Assembly: GCA_017461765.1 (NCBI GenBank)
Contig: JAFTXO010000014.1
Location: 10,926-74,925 of the forward strand
Length of the DNA stretch: 64,000 bases
DNA from: Clostridia bacterium
Lineage (GTDB): Bacteria > Bacillota > Clostridia > Oscillospirales > CAG-272
Reading direction: 5' to 3'
In this document: piece after piece, positions 53,468 through 64,000 of the stretch
Numbering within the stretch: the first letter of the stretch is position 1
Layout of the letters: each line of letters begins with the position of its first letter
Notes under the pieces: generated by a model
Databases searched by the model: none
What the model was told of the DNA's origin: nothing
What the model saw: the letters and a program-made list of their open reading frames with translations, nothing else
Position numbers and translations under genes: made by a program

Positions 53468-55221
53468 AAAGATCAAGTACTTTAAAGCAAGTTTTTCATT
53501 ATTTAAAAAAATACAAGCTATATATGCTCCTTTCTATTTTATTTGCCGCTGTTACAGTTATTTTCTCGCTTTATATTCCTATCGTTATCGGTGACACAAT
53601 AGATCTCATTATTGGAAAGGATAGCGTTGATTTTAAAAGTATCGGAAGGCTGCTTACAACTGTCGCTATAATTGCTGTCGGAGTTGCCGTCTTCCAATGG
53701 ATAATGAACAACATCAACAACAAAATAGTTTACAACATTACTAAGGATGTAAGAAACGAGGCCTTCGAAAAAATTCATTCCTTGCCGTTAAAATATATAG
53801 ATTCTCATTCCTACGGCGAGGTTGTAAGTAAGGTCATAACAGATGTCGATCAGTTTGCTGACGGACTTTTGATGGGCTTTACTCAGCTCTTTACCGGCAT
53901 TGTTACGATAATAGCAACATTGGTATTTATGCTCACGATAAGCTGGCAGATAACGATTGTTGTAGTCGTATTGACTCCGCTTTCGCTCTTTGTTGCGAAT
54001 TTTATCGCAAAAAGGACATATTCAATGTTCAGCGCGCAATCAAAAACGAGAGCCGATCAAACTGCGATAGTTGAGGAGATGATCGGAAATCAAAAAACGG
54101 TAAAAGCCTTCTCGCACGAGGATGAAGCTATCGAAAAATTCGATATTGTAAACGACAAGCTTGAAAAATGCTCTATTAAAGCCATATTTTTCTCGTCACT
54201 TGTTAACCCATGTACCCGTTTCATAAACTCTCTTATTTATGCTTCTGTGGCACTCGTGGGCGCATTTATGGCTATGGGCAGCTTCGGCTCTGTGCTTACT
54301 ATCGGAGCTTTATCATGCTTTTTAAGCTATGCAACTCAGTATGCCAAGCCCTTTAATGAAATATCCGGAGTTATAAGTGAGCTTCAAAACTCCTTTGCTT
54401 GCGCATCAAGGACATTTGAATTCATTAACGAAGACTCCGAGGTAGCTGATTCCTCTGCTAACGTTTTGGATAACGTGAACGGAAGGATCGATTTCGAAAA
54501 CGTAAGCTTTTCATATAATGAGGATCAAAAGCTTATCGAGAATCTTTCATTCAGTGCTTCTCACGGTCAAAGGGTTGCTATCGTAGGTCCTACGGGCTGT
54601 GGAAAAACGACGCTTATAAATCTTATTATGAGATTTTATGATGTAAAAAGCGGTTCTATTTCCGTTGACGGAAGCAATATAAAAGAAATCACCCGTCATT
54701 CGCTGCGAAAAAGCTTTGGCATGGTGCTTCAGGATACTTGGGTAAGAAATGCCTCGATTTACGAAAACATCGCTATAGGAAAGCCAAATGCAACTTATGA
54801 CGAAATAATAAACGCGGCTAAGCTTTCTCACGCTCACAGCTTTATAAAAAGGCTTCCCAACGGTTATGATACGGTTGTTTCGGAAAGCTCCTCTATCTTA
54901 TCACAGGGACAAAAGCAGCTTTTGTGCATAGCGCGCGTTATGCTCGCCTTACCGCCTATGCTCATTCTTGACGAGGCGACATCGTCGATCGACACAAGAA
55001 CGGAGCTTAAAATACAAGAAGCGTTTTCCTTACTTATGGAAAACAGAACATCATTTATCGTTGCTCACCGCCTTTCCACGATCAAAGAGGCTGATATTAT
55101 ACTCGTTATGAAAAACGGTAATATCGTGGAAAAGGGTAATCACGATGAGCTTATCAAAAAGCAAGGATTTTATTATAAATTATACAATTCTCAATTTGGA
55201 GTCATGGAGGAATCATTATGA
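53464..55221 (+). CDS. ABC exporter, fused permease/ATPase half-transporter (subunit 2)
   Basis: GPTGCGKTT, LSQGQKQL (degenerate signature) and ILDEATSSID. ATGA overlap with subunit 1. Confidence 0.9.
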   Translation: MKRSSTLKQVFHYLKKYKLYMLLSILFAAVTVIFSLYIPIVIGDTIDLIIGKDSVDFKSIGRLLTTVAIIAVGVAVFQWIMNNINNKIVYNITKDVRNEAFEKIHSLPLKYIDSHSYGEVVSKVITDVDQFADGLLMGFTQLFTGIVTIIATLVFMLTISWQITIVVVVLTPLSLFVANFIAKRTYSMFSAQSKTRADQTAIVEEMIGNQKTVKAFSHEDEAIEKFDIVNDKLEKCSIKAIFFSSLVNPCTRFINSLIYASVALVGAFMAMGSFGSVLTIGALSCFLSYATQYAKPFNEISGVISELQNSFACASRTFEFINEDSEVADSSANVLDNVNGRIDFENVSFSYNEDQKLIENLSFSASHGQRVAIVGPTGCGKTTLINLIMRFYDVKSGSISVDGSNIKEITRHSLRKSFGMVLQDTWVRNASIYENIAIGKPNATYDEIINAAKLSHAHSFIKRLPNGYDTVVSESSSILSQGQKQLLCIARVMLALPPMLILDEATSSIDTRTELKIQEAFSLLMENRTSFIVAHRLSTIKEADIILVMKNGNIVEKGNHDELIKKQGFYYKLYNSQFGVMEESL

Positions 55222-56633
55222 GAAAAACAAAGATCGTATGTACTATCGGGCCTGCGTGTGAGGACGAAAAGGTTCTCACAGAGCTTTGTCTTGCGGGTAT
55301 GAACGTTGCAAGACTTAACTTCTCTCACGGAACGCACGAGGAGCATCTTCAAAAAATAAACGCTATCAAAAATGTTCGTCAGAAGCTTGGAATGCCTATT
55401 GCGATAATGCTTGATACAAAAGGGCCTGAATACAGAATAAAAAAATTCAAGGACGGAAAAATATTTTTAAAGGACGGTGATATATTCACCTTCACCACAA
55501 ACGATATTGACGGCGATCAAACCGCTGTCAGCGTTACATACAAGGGTATGATAAACGACCTTAATATAGGTGACAACATATCAGTAAACAACGGTCTTGT
55601 TCTTTTCGAGGTAATTGAGCTTACCGATACAGACGCTAAATGCAAGGTTATTGTGGGCGGCGAGATCTCCAATTCAAAGAGCATGAGCTTTCCTAACAAG
55701 GTATTAAATCAAGCTTATCTTTCGGAGCAGGATAAAAGTGATATCCTTTTCGGAATAGAAAACGACGTTGATTTCATTGCCTGCTCCTTCGTTTCAAGAA
55801 GACAGGATCTTAAGGATGTAAAAAAATTCATCAATGAAAACACAAAGTCTCACGATATTGATATTATTGCAAAGATCGAAAACCGTGCAGGTGTTGACAA
55901 TATTGAGGATATTTGCATGGAGTGCGACGGTATTATGATCGGTCGCGGAGACCTCGGTGTTGAGATTCCGTTTGAAGAAGTTCCTTCTGTACAGAAATAT
56001 CTTATAACCAAATGCAGAATGCTTGGAAAGCGCGTTATTACCGCTACTGAGATGCTTGAATCCATGATTCAAAATCCCCGTCCCACAAGAGCGGAGATAT
56101 CTGACGTTGCAAACGCCGTATACGACGGTACAAGTGCTATCATGCTATCAGGTGAGACCGCTGTCGGAAAATATCCCGCACTCACCGTAAAAACCATGTC
56201 AAAGATTGCTGAAAAGGCTGAGAGCTGTATCGATTATGAAACTCTTTTCAGAAATTCGGGATTTATTATTACAAACCCTGTCGATGCGATATCTCATTCC
56301 TCTGCTTGCATGGCTATAGATATTCATGCTAAGGCTATCGTTGTTTGCTCGATATCGGGTATTACGGTTCGAATGGTTTCGCGTTTCCGCGCTCCTGTTG
56401 ATATTCTCGGTATGACAACAAATGAAAAAACCTGGAGAAAGCTTGCTCTTTCATGGGGCGTTACTCCTATAATGAACGAAACTGTAAATTCTACCGATGT
56501 TCTGTTTTATATGGCTAAAAAGGCTGCTAAGCAGACCTTCAACCTGAAAAAAGGTGATGAGCTTGTCATAACGGGCGGCATGATAAACGGTGAAAGCGGA
56601 AATACAAATCTTATTAAGCTCGAATCCATTTAA
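55218..56633 (+). CDS. pyk: Pyruvate kinase
   Basis: MRKTKIVCTIGPA, NVARLNFSHG, MIGRGDLGVEIP and MLSGETA motifs. Overlaps the stop of the preceding gene. Confidence 0.95.
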   Translation: MRKTKIVCTIGPACEDEKVLTELCLAGMNVARLNFSHGTHEEHLQKINAIKNVRQKLGMPIAIMLDTKGPEYRIKKFKDGKIFLKDGDIFTFTTNDIDGDQTAVSVTYKGMINDLNIGDNISVNNGLVLFEVIELTDTDAKCKVIVGGEISNSKSMSFPNKVLNQAYLSEQDKSDILFGIENDVDFIACSFVSRRQDLKDVKKFINENTKSHDIDIIAKIENRAGVDNIEDICMECDGIMIGRGDLGVEIPFEEVPSVQKYLITKCRMLGKRVITATEMLESMIQNPRPTRAEISDVANAVYDGTSAIMLSGETAVGKYPALTVKTMSKIAEKAESCIDYETLFRNSGFIITNPVDAISHSSACMAIDIHAKAIVVCSISGITVRMVSRFRAPVDILGMTTNEKTWRKLALSWGVTPIMNETVNSTDVLFYMAKKAAKQTFNLKKGDELVITGGMINGESGNTNLIKLESI

Positions 56634-56642
56634 GGAGATCTT

Positions 56643-57407
56643 ATGGGAAAAATAACTTCTGCTATTAAAAATTTTCGTTGGGGCTATCTGTTTATTGCAG
56701 TCTTGCTTTGCACTCTTGGCATCTTATGCTTCGTATTTCAGGAAAAATTCCTTCAAACTATAGGATACATAGTTGGCGGCTCTGTCTTGCTTTTCGGTAT
56801 TGTATTGGCTATTAAGATACTTGCGGAGCGCCAAAGAGGATTCAAGTTTGGAATTACGCTATTTTTATCTGTTTTAACTATAATTTGCGGTATCACCTCA
56901 ATGATTCTGAATGATCAGGCGATAACCGTTTATCCTATGTTTATCGGTCTTTTTATCGTTATTGACGGCTCGTTCAAGCTTCAAACTGTTATAAACGCAA
57001 AGAGATACAAAATGAAGATGTGGTGGTTCTTGCTCATTTTCTCGTGTCTTACAATAGCTTCGGGATTTTTACTTATAAAGGATGAGGCTGATAATATTGT
57101 AAGATCGGTAATCGTAATGGGAGTTGCGCTTTGTCTTTCGGGACTTGGAAATCTGTTTTCTCTTTTCTATTTTGGAACTATAATGAAAAGAGCCGTTGCG
57201 CAATACAAGCAGCGTTACGAAAATCATAGCGAGGATGCTTTGGTTGCGGATACGTATGACAATGTTGCATCATCTGATAAGGAGCAACCCAAAGAAGCTC
57301 CGTTGGCTACCATCGAACGACTCACAGACGCTCAAAATAACGATGATGAGACAGCCGATGATAAAACAGAAAATATAAATAATAACAATGATCTTCCCGC
57401 GCTTTAA
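56643..57407 (+). CDS. HdeD/DUF308-like membrane protein with an acidic C-terminal tail
   Basis: Six TM helices in the DUF308 repeat pattern. The family call is tentative. Confidence 0.45.
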   Translation: MGKITSAIKNFRWGYLFIAVLLCTLGILCFVFQEKFLQTIGYIVGGSVLLFGIVLAIKILAERQRGFKFGITLFLSVLTIICGITSMILNDQAITVYPMFIGLFIVIDGSFKLQTVINAKRYKMKMWWFLLIFSCLTIASGFLLIKDEADNIVRSVIVMGVALCLSGLGNLFSLFYFGTIMKRAVAQYKQRYENHSEDALVADTYDNVASSDKEQPKEAPLATIERLTDAQNNDDETADDKTENINNNNDLPAL

Positions 57408-57448
57408 AAAAGAAGGGGCTGTTGAGTATTTTAACTCAACAGCTTTTT
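57405..57448. terminator. Bidirectional terminator between the DUF308 gene and atpC
   Basis: GCTGTTGAG tattttaa CTCAACAGC with A-run and T-run flanks. Confidence 0.75.
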
Positions 57449-57449
57449 A

Positions 57450-57709
57450 TTATTTCCATGAAAATGTGCTTGAAAGCACGGTTACATTATTTTTATCCAC
57501 AGTTAAAATTCCGCCCTGTATTGTTCCTGTACGCTCCGTCGTGTTCTCAAGTTCAATGCGGACATCGCCTTCCTTTATAACGGTTATAAAAGGGGTATGA
57601 CCTGCGAGGACTGCAAGCTGTCCCTCTGTACCGTCAACATAAAGTGCCACCACATTTCCTTGAAAATAGCTTCCGTCGGGAGTTGAGATCGTAAGCTTAT
57701 ATTCCTTCA

Positions 57710-57710
<1 letters not shown>
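57450..57710 (-). CDS. atpC: F1 ATP synthase epsilon subunit, beta-sandwich domain only
   Basis: Last gene of the atp operon. LTISTPDGSYFQGNVVALYVDGTEGQLAVLAGHTPFIT is the typical epsilon N-terminal domain. Only 86 aa. Confidence 0.85.
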
Positions 57711-59110
<1,400 letters not shown>

Positions 59111-59136
59111 TTATTCCTCCTTTAGATTGCTAATTG

Positions 59137-59937
59137 CTATACGCCGCTTCCAGCAACGATCTCGGTAATCTCCTGAGTGATCGCGCCTTGACGCGCTCGG
59201 TTATAGGAAAGCTGCAATTCATTTATCATTTCGTTTGCGTTCTTTCCTGCGGAATCCATAGCGGCTCTTCTTGCATTCACCTCACAAGCAAAGCTTTCTC
59301 TGACAGATACGCTTATCATTCCCGCTACGTATTCGGGAACTACGGAGCTTAATACCGTCAGCTCATCGGGCTCGAATATCGTGCTCACAGATGTACGCTC
59401 ATGGTATTTCAACGGCAACACCTCGGTATATGTTGGAGCTTGCGACATAGCGGAAATATATTCGGTAGACACAATTGCAAGAGTGTCGAATTTTCCGTCA
59501 AGATAATCCCTACACTGCTCTTTCGCTATTTCCATAGCCTCGGCTGACGTAAAATGCTCTGAGGATCTGTATTTACGATGATAACGGTCGCAGGCGCGTT
59601 TACCGATTGCGATTATCTCAGCGTTCGGGTAATCACGCATAAATCTGAAAATATTTGCGTTATAGCCGCCCGCCATACCTCGGTCTGCTGCAATAACTAT
59701 TATTCTGAGTCTGCCTCCGTCTCTTTTTTGCATATACGGACTTTTTTTACATTCACTGGATGCGGCGAGTAACGATACTGTCTCCAAAAGCGCAGTCTTA
59801 TACGCTCTTCCCTTTTGCATAGCATCATTCGCTTTTTTTATTTTCGACGATGCCACAAGTCCCATTGCTTTTGTAAGATGCAAGGTGGAATTAACGCTTT
59901 TTATTCTGTTACGTAATGCTTTTATATTTTGTGACAT
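59137..59937 (-). CDS. atpG: F1 ATP synthase gamma subunit (short, 266 aa)
   Basis: IKSVNSTLHLTKAM N-terminus and YNRARQGAITQEITEIVAG C-terminus. Confidence 0.9.
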   Translation of the reverse strand: MSQNIKALRNRIKSVNSTLHLTKAMGLVASSKIKKANDAMQKGRAYKTALLETVSLLAASSECKKSPYMQKRDGGRLRIIVIAADRGMAGGYNANIFRFMRDYPNAEIIAIGKRACDRYHRKYRSSEHFTSAEAMEIAKEQCRDYLDGKFDTLAIVSTEYISAMSQAPTYTEVLPLKYHERTSVSTIFEPDELTVLSSVVPEYVAGMISVSVRESFACEVNARRAAMDSAGKNANEMINELQLSYNRARQGAITQEITEIVAGSGV

Positions 59938-59940
59938 TCA

Positions 59941-61434
59941 TCATACCTCTAATTCTTTAAGGGCGTTCTCCATCATTTCGATATCACAATCGTCATAGAA
60001 GCCATCCTCAAATCTTTTAAGAAGCGCTGAATATTTTCTGTGTAAAAGCTCGTAAAGGTCTTTTTCGTACTTATTTACATCCTTAACAGCCACATTATCA
60101 AGGTATCCGTGAGTTACTGCGTAAATTATAACTACCTGACAGCCCACGGGAACAGGTGAATTTCTATCCTGCTTTAGCACCTCAACTATTCTTTCACCAA
60201 GCGCAAGCCGTGCTTTCGTATCAGCATCAAGATCGCTTCCAAACTGTGCGAAGGCTTGAAGCTCACGGTATTGCGAATAAAGAAGCTTAAGCTCGCCTGA
60301 TACCTTTTTCATTGCCTTGAGTTGTGCAGCACCACCTACACGGCTTACAGAAATGCCCGGATTTATAGCCGGCATTACGCCTGCGTGAAAAAGCTCTGTT
60401 TCAAGAAATATCTGTCCGTCTGTTATCGATATTACGTTTGTCGGGATATATGCCGAAACATCACCCGCTTGTGTTTCTATTATAGGAAGTGCGGTTATAG
60501 AGCCGCCTCCGTATTCGGGAGCTAAGCAAGCTGCTCTTTCAAGCAAACGCGAATGAAGATAGAATACGTCTCCCGGATATGCTTCACGTCCCGGCGGACG
60601 TCTTATAAGAAGCGAAAGCGCACGGTAAGCCACCGCGTGCTTTGAAAGGTCGTCGTATATTATAAGTACGTCCTTTCCTTGTTCGCAAAAGTATTCCGCC
60701 ATGGCACATCCCGAATAAGGTGCTATATATTGCAGAGGTGCGCTCTCAGAAGCCGATGCTGATACTATTATCGTATTATTCATAGCATCATTCTCCGTAA
60801 GCTCGTTTGCGAGCTTTACAACAGTAGAATTTTTCTGTCCTATAGCGACGTATATGCAGATAACTCCCGTATTTTTTTGATTTATAATCGTATCTATAAC
60901 GATCTCTGATTTTCCTGTTTGACGGTCACCTATTATAAGCTCACGCTGACCTCTGCCGATAGGTATCATACTGTCAATTGCCTTAATGCCCGTTTGAAGA
61001 GGAACTGAGATGCTTTGCCTTTCGATAATTCCGTGTGCCTCCGTCTCAGCGGGACGCGTTTCATTACAGTCGATTTGCCCTTTTCCGTCAATAGGCTCAC
61101 CAACAGCATTTACCACTCTGCCGAGCATTGCCTCGCCTACGGGAACTGAAAATACCTTTCCTGTACGCTTGACCGCCGTTCCTTCCCTGATGTTATAATT
61201 GTTTGACAGTATGGCTACTGATACAGTATTTTCTTCAAGGTTCTGCGCAAGTCCGTAGCTTCCATCCTCAAACTGTAAAAGCTCGCTTGCCATACAGTCA
61301 CGAAGTCCGTAAACACGCGCTATTCCGTCTCCTACAAGGACTACCGTACCGTTTTCAGCCATTTCTATTTTAGAGCGGTATTCCTTTATCTGTTCCTTTA
61401 TTATATTGCTTATTTCCTCGGTTTTTGCGTTCAT
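59941..61434 (-). CDS. atpA: F1 ATP synthase alpha subunit
   Basis: GDRQTGKS P-loop, [34 protein letters not shown]. Confidence 0.97.
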   Translation of the reverse strand: MNAKTEEISNIIKEQIKEYRSKIEMAENGTVVLVGDGIARVYGLRDCMASELLQFEDGSYGLAQNLEENTVSVAILSNNYNIREGTAVKRTGKVFSVPVGEAMLGRVVNAVGEPIDGKGQIDCNETRPAETEAHGIIERQSISVPLQTGIKAIDSMIPIGRGQRELIIGDRQTGKSEIVIDTIINQKNTGVICIYVAIGQKNSTVVKLANELTENDAMNNTIIVSASASESAPLQYIAPYSGCAMAEYFCEQGKDVLIIYDDLSKHAVAYRALSLLIRRPPGREAYPGDVFYLHSRLLERAACLAPEYGGGSITALPIIETQAGDVSAYIPTNVISITDGQIFLETELFHAGVMPAINPGISVSRVGGAAQLKAMKKVSGELKLLYSQYRELQAFAQFGSDLDADTKARLALGERIVEVLKQDRNSPVPVGCQVVIIYAVTHGYLDNVAVKDVNKYEKDLYELLHRKYSALLKRFEDGFYDDCDIEMMENALKELEV

Positions 61435-61964
61435 TCGTCAATCACCTTCTTTATTTCCCTTAATCGGCGTTTGAGGCTGCCGTCGTATACTTTTCCGCCT
61501 ATTTCGACGGTAATTCCGCCTAAAAGGCTTTTATCTACCGAGCAATCAAGCATCACGCTTCCGCCTGTCTGAGCCTCTAATTTTGATCTTATTTTTTCTT
61601 TTTCCTCATCACTAAGCTCAAATGCACTTATTACACTTGCGCAAGAAAGCTTAATCTTTTGCGAATAAAGCTTTTCATATTCATCAACACATTCAAAAAA
61701 GCCTTGTATTTGATTGTTTTCGCATAAAAGAAGTACAACGGAGCTTGTATAATTCGAAAAATTGCTTCCGAGCATTTTAGTAAGGAGCTGTATTCTCTCC
61801 TTTTTTGATATAAGCGGTGATGATATGATTTGCGTATATTCTGAATTTTCCTCAAATATTTTTTTGAGCATCAAAAGCTCGTTATACGTTATTTCAGTAC
61901 AATTTTCCTCATCGCATAAAGAAAACAATGCCATGGCATAACCCTTATTTATCTCTGCCATCAT
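61431..61964 (-). CDS. atpH: F1 ATP synthase delta (OSCP) subunit
   Basis: Position between atpF and atpA. YAMALFSL start and [25 protein letters not shown] end. Confidence 0.85.
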   Translation of the reverse strand: MMAEINKGYAMALFSLCDEENCTEITYNELLMLKKIFEENSEYTQIISSPLISKKERIQLLTKMLGSNFSNYTSSVVLLLCENNQIQGFFECVDEYEKLYSQKIKLSCASVISAFELSDEEKEKIRSKLEAQTGGSVMLDCSVDKSLLGGITVEIGGKVYDGSLKRRLREIKKVIDE

Positions 61965-62487
61965 CTTCACCAACCTTGCTTAAAAAGTCGTCTATTAAGC
62001 TTTCATGATCAGTTCTTTTAACTTCTCTTTCAAGGAGCTTTTCAGCCAAAGCAGTTGAGACATTGGCAATTTCCTTTTTGATGCTTTTCTCTGCCTGTTT
62101 AAGCTCAAGCTCTGCTGTATTTTCGGCACGGCGGACAATTCCCTCCGCTTTTTTATTAGCCTCGGAAATAATCTTCTCTTCACGTATATGAGCAAGGTTT
62201 TCGGCTTTCTTAATTATATTATCAGCCTCGTTTTGCGCTTCATTCATTTTTATTTTCCAAGCTTCCTTATCCTTTTGGGCAAGCAGCTTGGCATTTTTGG
62301 CTTCGCTATAATCCGCAGCTATTGCTTCACGGCGCTCGCTCAAAACCTTTTTTACAGGCTTATAAAGAAATCTTTTCAAGATAAAAAACAGAATAAGCAG
62401 ATTTGCAAGGGAGATCAGGATAGCCCATATATTAACAGATATTATATCAAGTGCTAAAGGCTCTGCTATCATCAGTTGTGTTTTCAT
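61945..62487 (-). CDS. atpF: Fo ATP synthase b subunit
   Basis: Single N-terminal TM helix followed by a long charged coiled coil. Start at 62487 after a GGTGGA RBS. Confidence 0.85.
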   Translation of the reverse strand: MKTQLMIAEPLALDIISVNIWAILISLANLLILFFILKRFLYKPVKKVLSERREAIAADYSEAKNAKLLAQKDKEAWKIKMNEAQNEADNIIKKAENLAHIREEKIISEANKKAEGIVRRAENTAELELKQAEKSIKKEIANVSTALAEKLLEREVKRTDHESLIDDFLSKVGEDDGRDK

Positions 62488-62500
62488 TATTTTCCACCGA

Positions 62501-63700
<1,200 letters not shown>

Positions 63701-63711
<11 letters not shown>

Positions 63712-64000
63712 TTCCTCCTTTGAATTTAGGGCGGAAAAGCATTGCTATACGCGGAAAGAACAGCGGTATAATCACGGTCCATGTACTAAAGTACGGAAGC
63801 GCGACACCGATTACAACACCAACAAGCAAAATCAGAGTGCGCAAGGAGTGCGAGAGCTTCATAAAGCTTTTTGCTTCCTTTTCTTCCTTAATTACAGCCT
63901 TTTGAACGGTAATGCCCATAAGAAAAAAGTTAAGAACCGACACAAATACACTAAGTATATTGCCAAAGAGCACGGTCATATCCCATCCCTGTATTATCAA
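63701..64000 (-). CDS. atpI: AtpI-like small membrane protein, partial (5' end outside the window)
   Basis: Hydrophobic protein immediately upstream of atpB and overlapping it. The frame stays open to the right edge of the window. Confidence 0.6.

Noticed and set aside
57388-57600. 70-aa plus-strand ORF overlapping atpC.
   Set aside because: It is antisense to the epsilon subunit gene and spans the bidirectional terminator. It is not credible as a gene.

Overview
This window is a chromosomal segment from a low-GC, spore-forming Firmicute of the class Clostridia. That assignment rests on sigK, the spoIIAA-spoIIAB-sigF operon, spmA/spmB and an AbrB-type regulator. Most of the window is densely packed core metabolism. 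It carries ackA, a tmcAL-like gene, recD2/comFC, metK behind a SAM-I riboswitch, ppa, serC-serA-DUF1015, and a long purE-F-M-N-(purO-like)-H-D-L operon behind a ZTP (pfl) riboswitch. It also carries rnj, pyk, a heterodimeric ABC exporter and a complete F-type ATP synthase operon (atpI-B-E-F-H-A-G-D-C). Glycan-foraging genes are scattered through it: GH20, GH3 with an MFS transporter and an AraC regulator, GH95, and fucU. The only clearly accessory stretch is about 20.9-25.7 kb, directly behind a tRNA-Leu(CAG). There, two self-contained promoter-to-terminator cassettes are stacked, and each is closed by the same ~110-nt 3' module. Each cassette is preceded by an unusual array of short GC-rich hairpins separated by a conserved ATCA-core spacer motif of 7-9 nt. 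Cassette 1 encodes a four-helix-bundle (Avd / 23S-IVS protein family) gene that overlaps a 142-aa protein by ATGA. That 142-aa protein has N- and C-terminal motifs resembling DarT/Tpt1-type ADP-ribosyltransferases, so I flag the pair as a candidate uncharacterised two-gene (toxin-antitoxin or defence-like) module. Next to the islet sits an 18-codon micro-gene with a near-perfect promoter, a perfect SD and double terminators. Other points worth a second look:
- PurF lacks the N-terminal catalytic Cys.
- The ATP synthase c-subunit carries a two-carboxylate Na+-type motif, and epsilon is truncated.
- RNase J has a Lys-rich N-terminal tail.
- An ABC ATPase/permease pair is tandemly duplicated.

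All calls come from reading the ORF translations and the DNA by eye. No database search, folding or alignment software was run.
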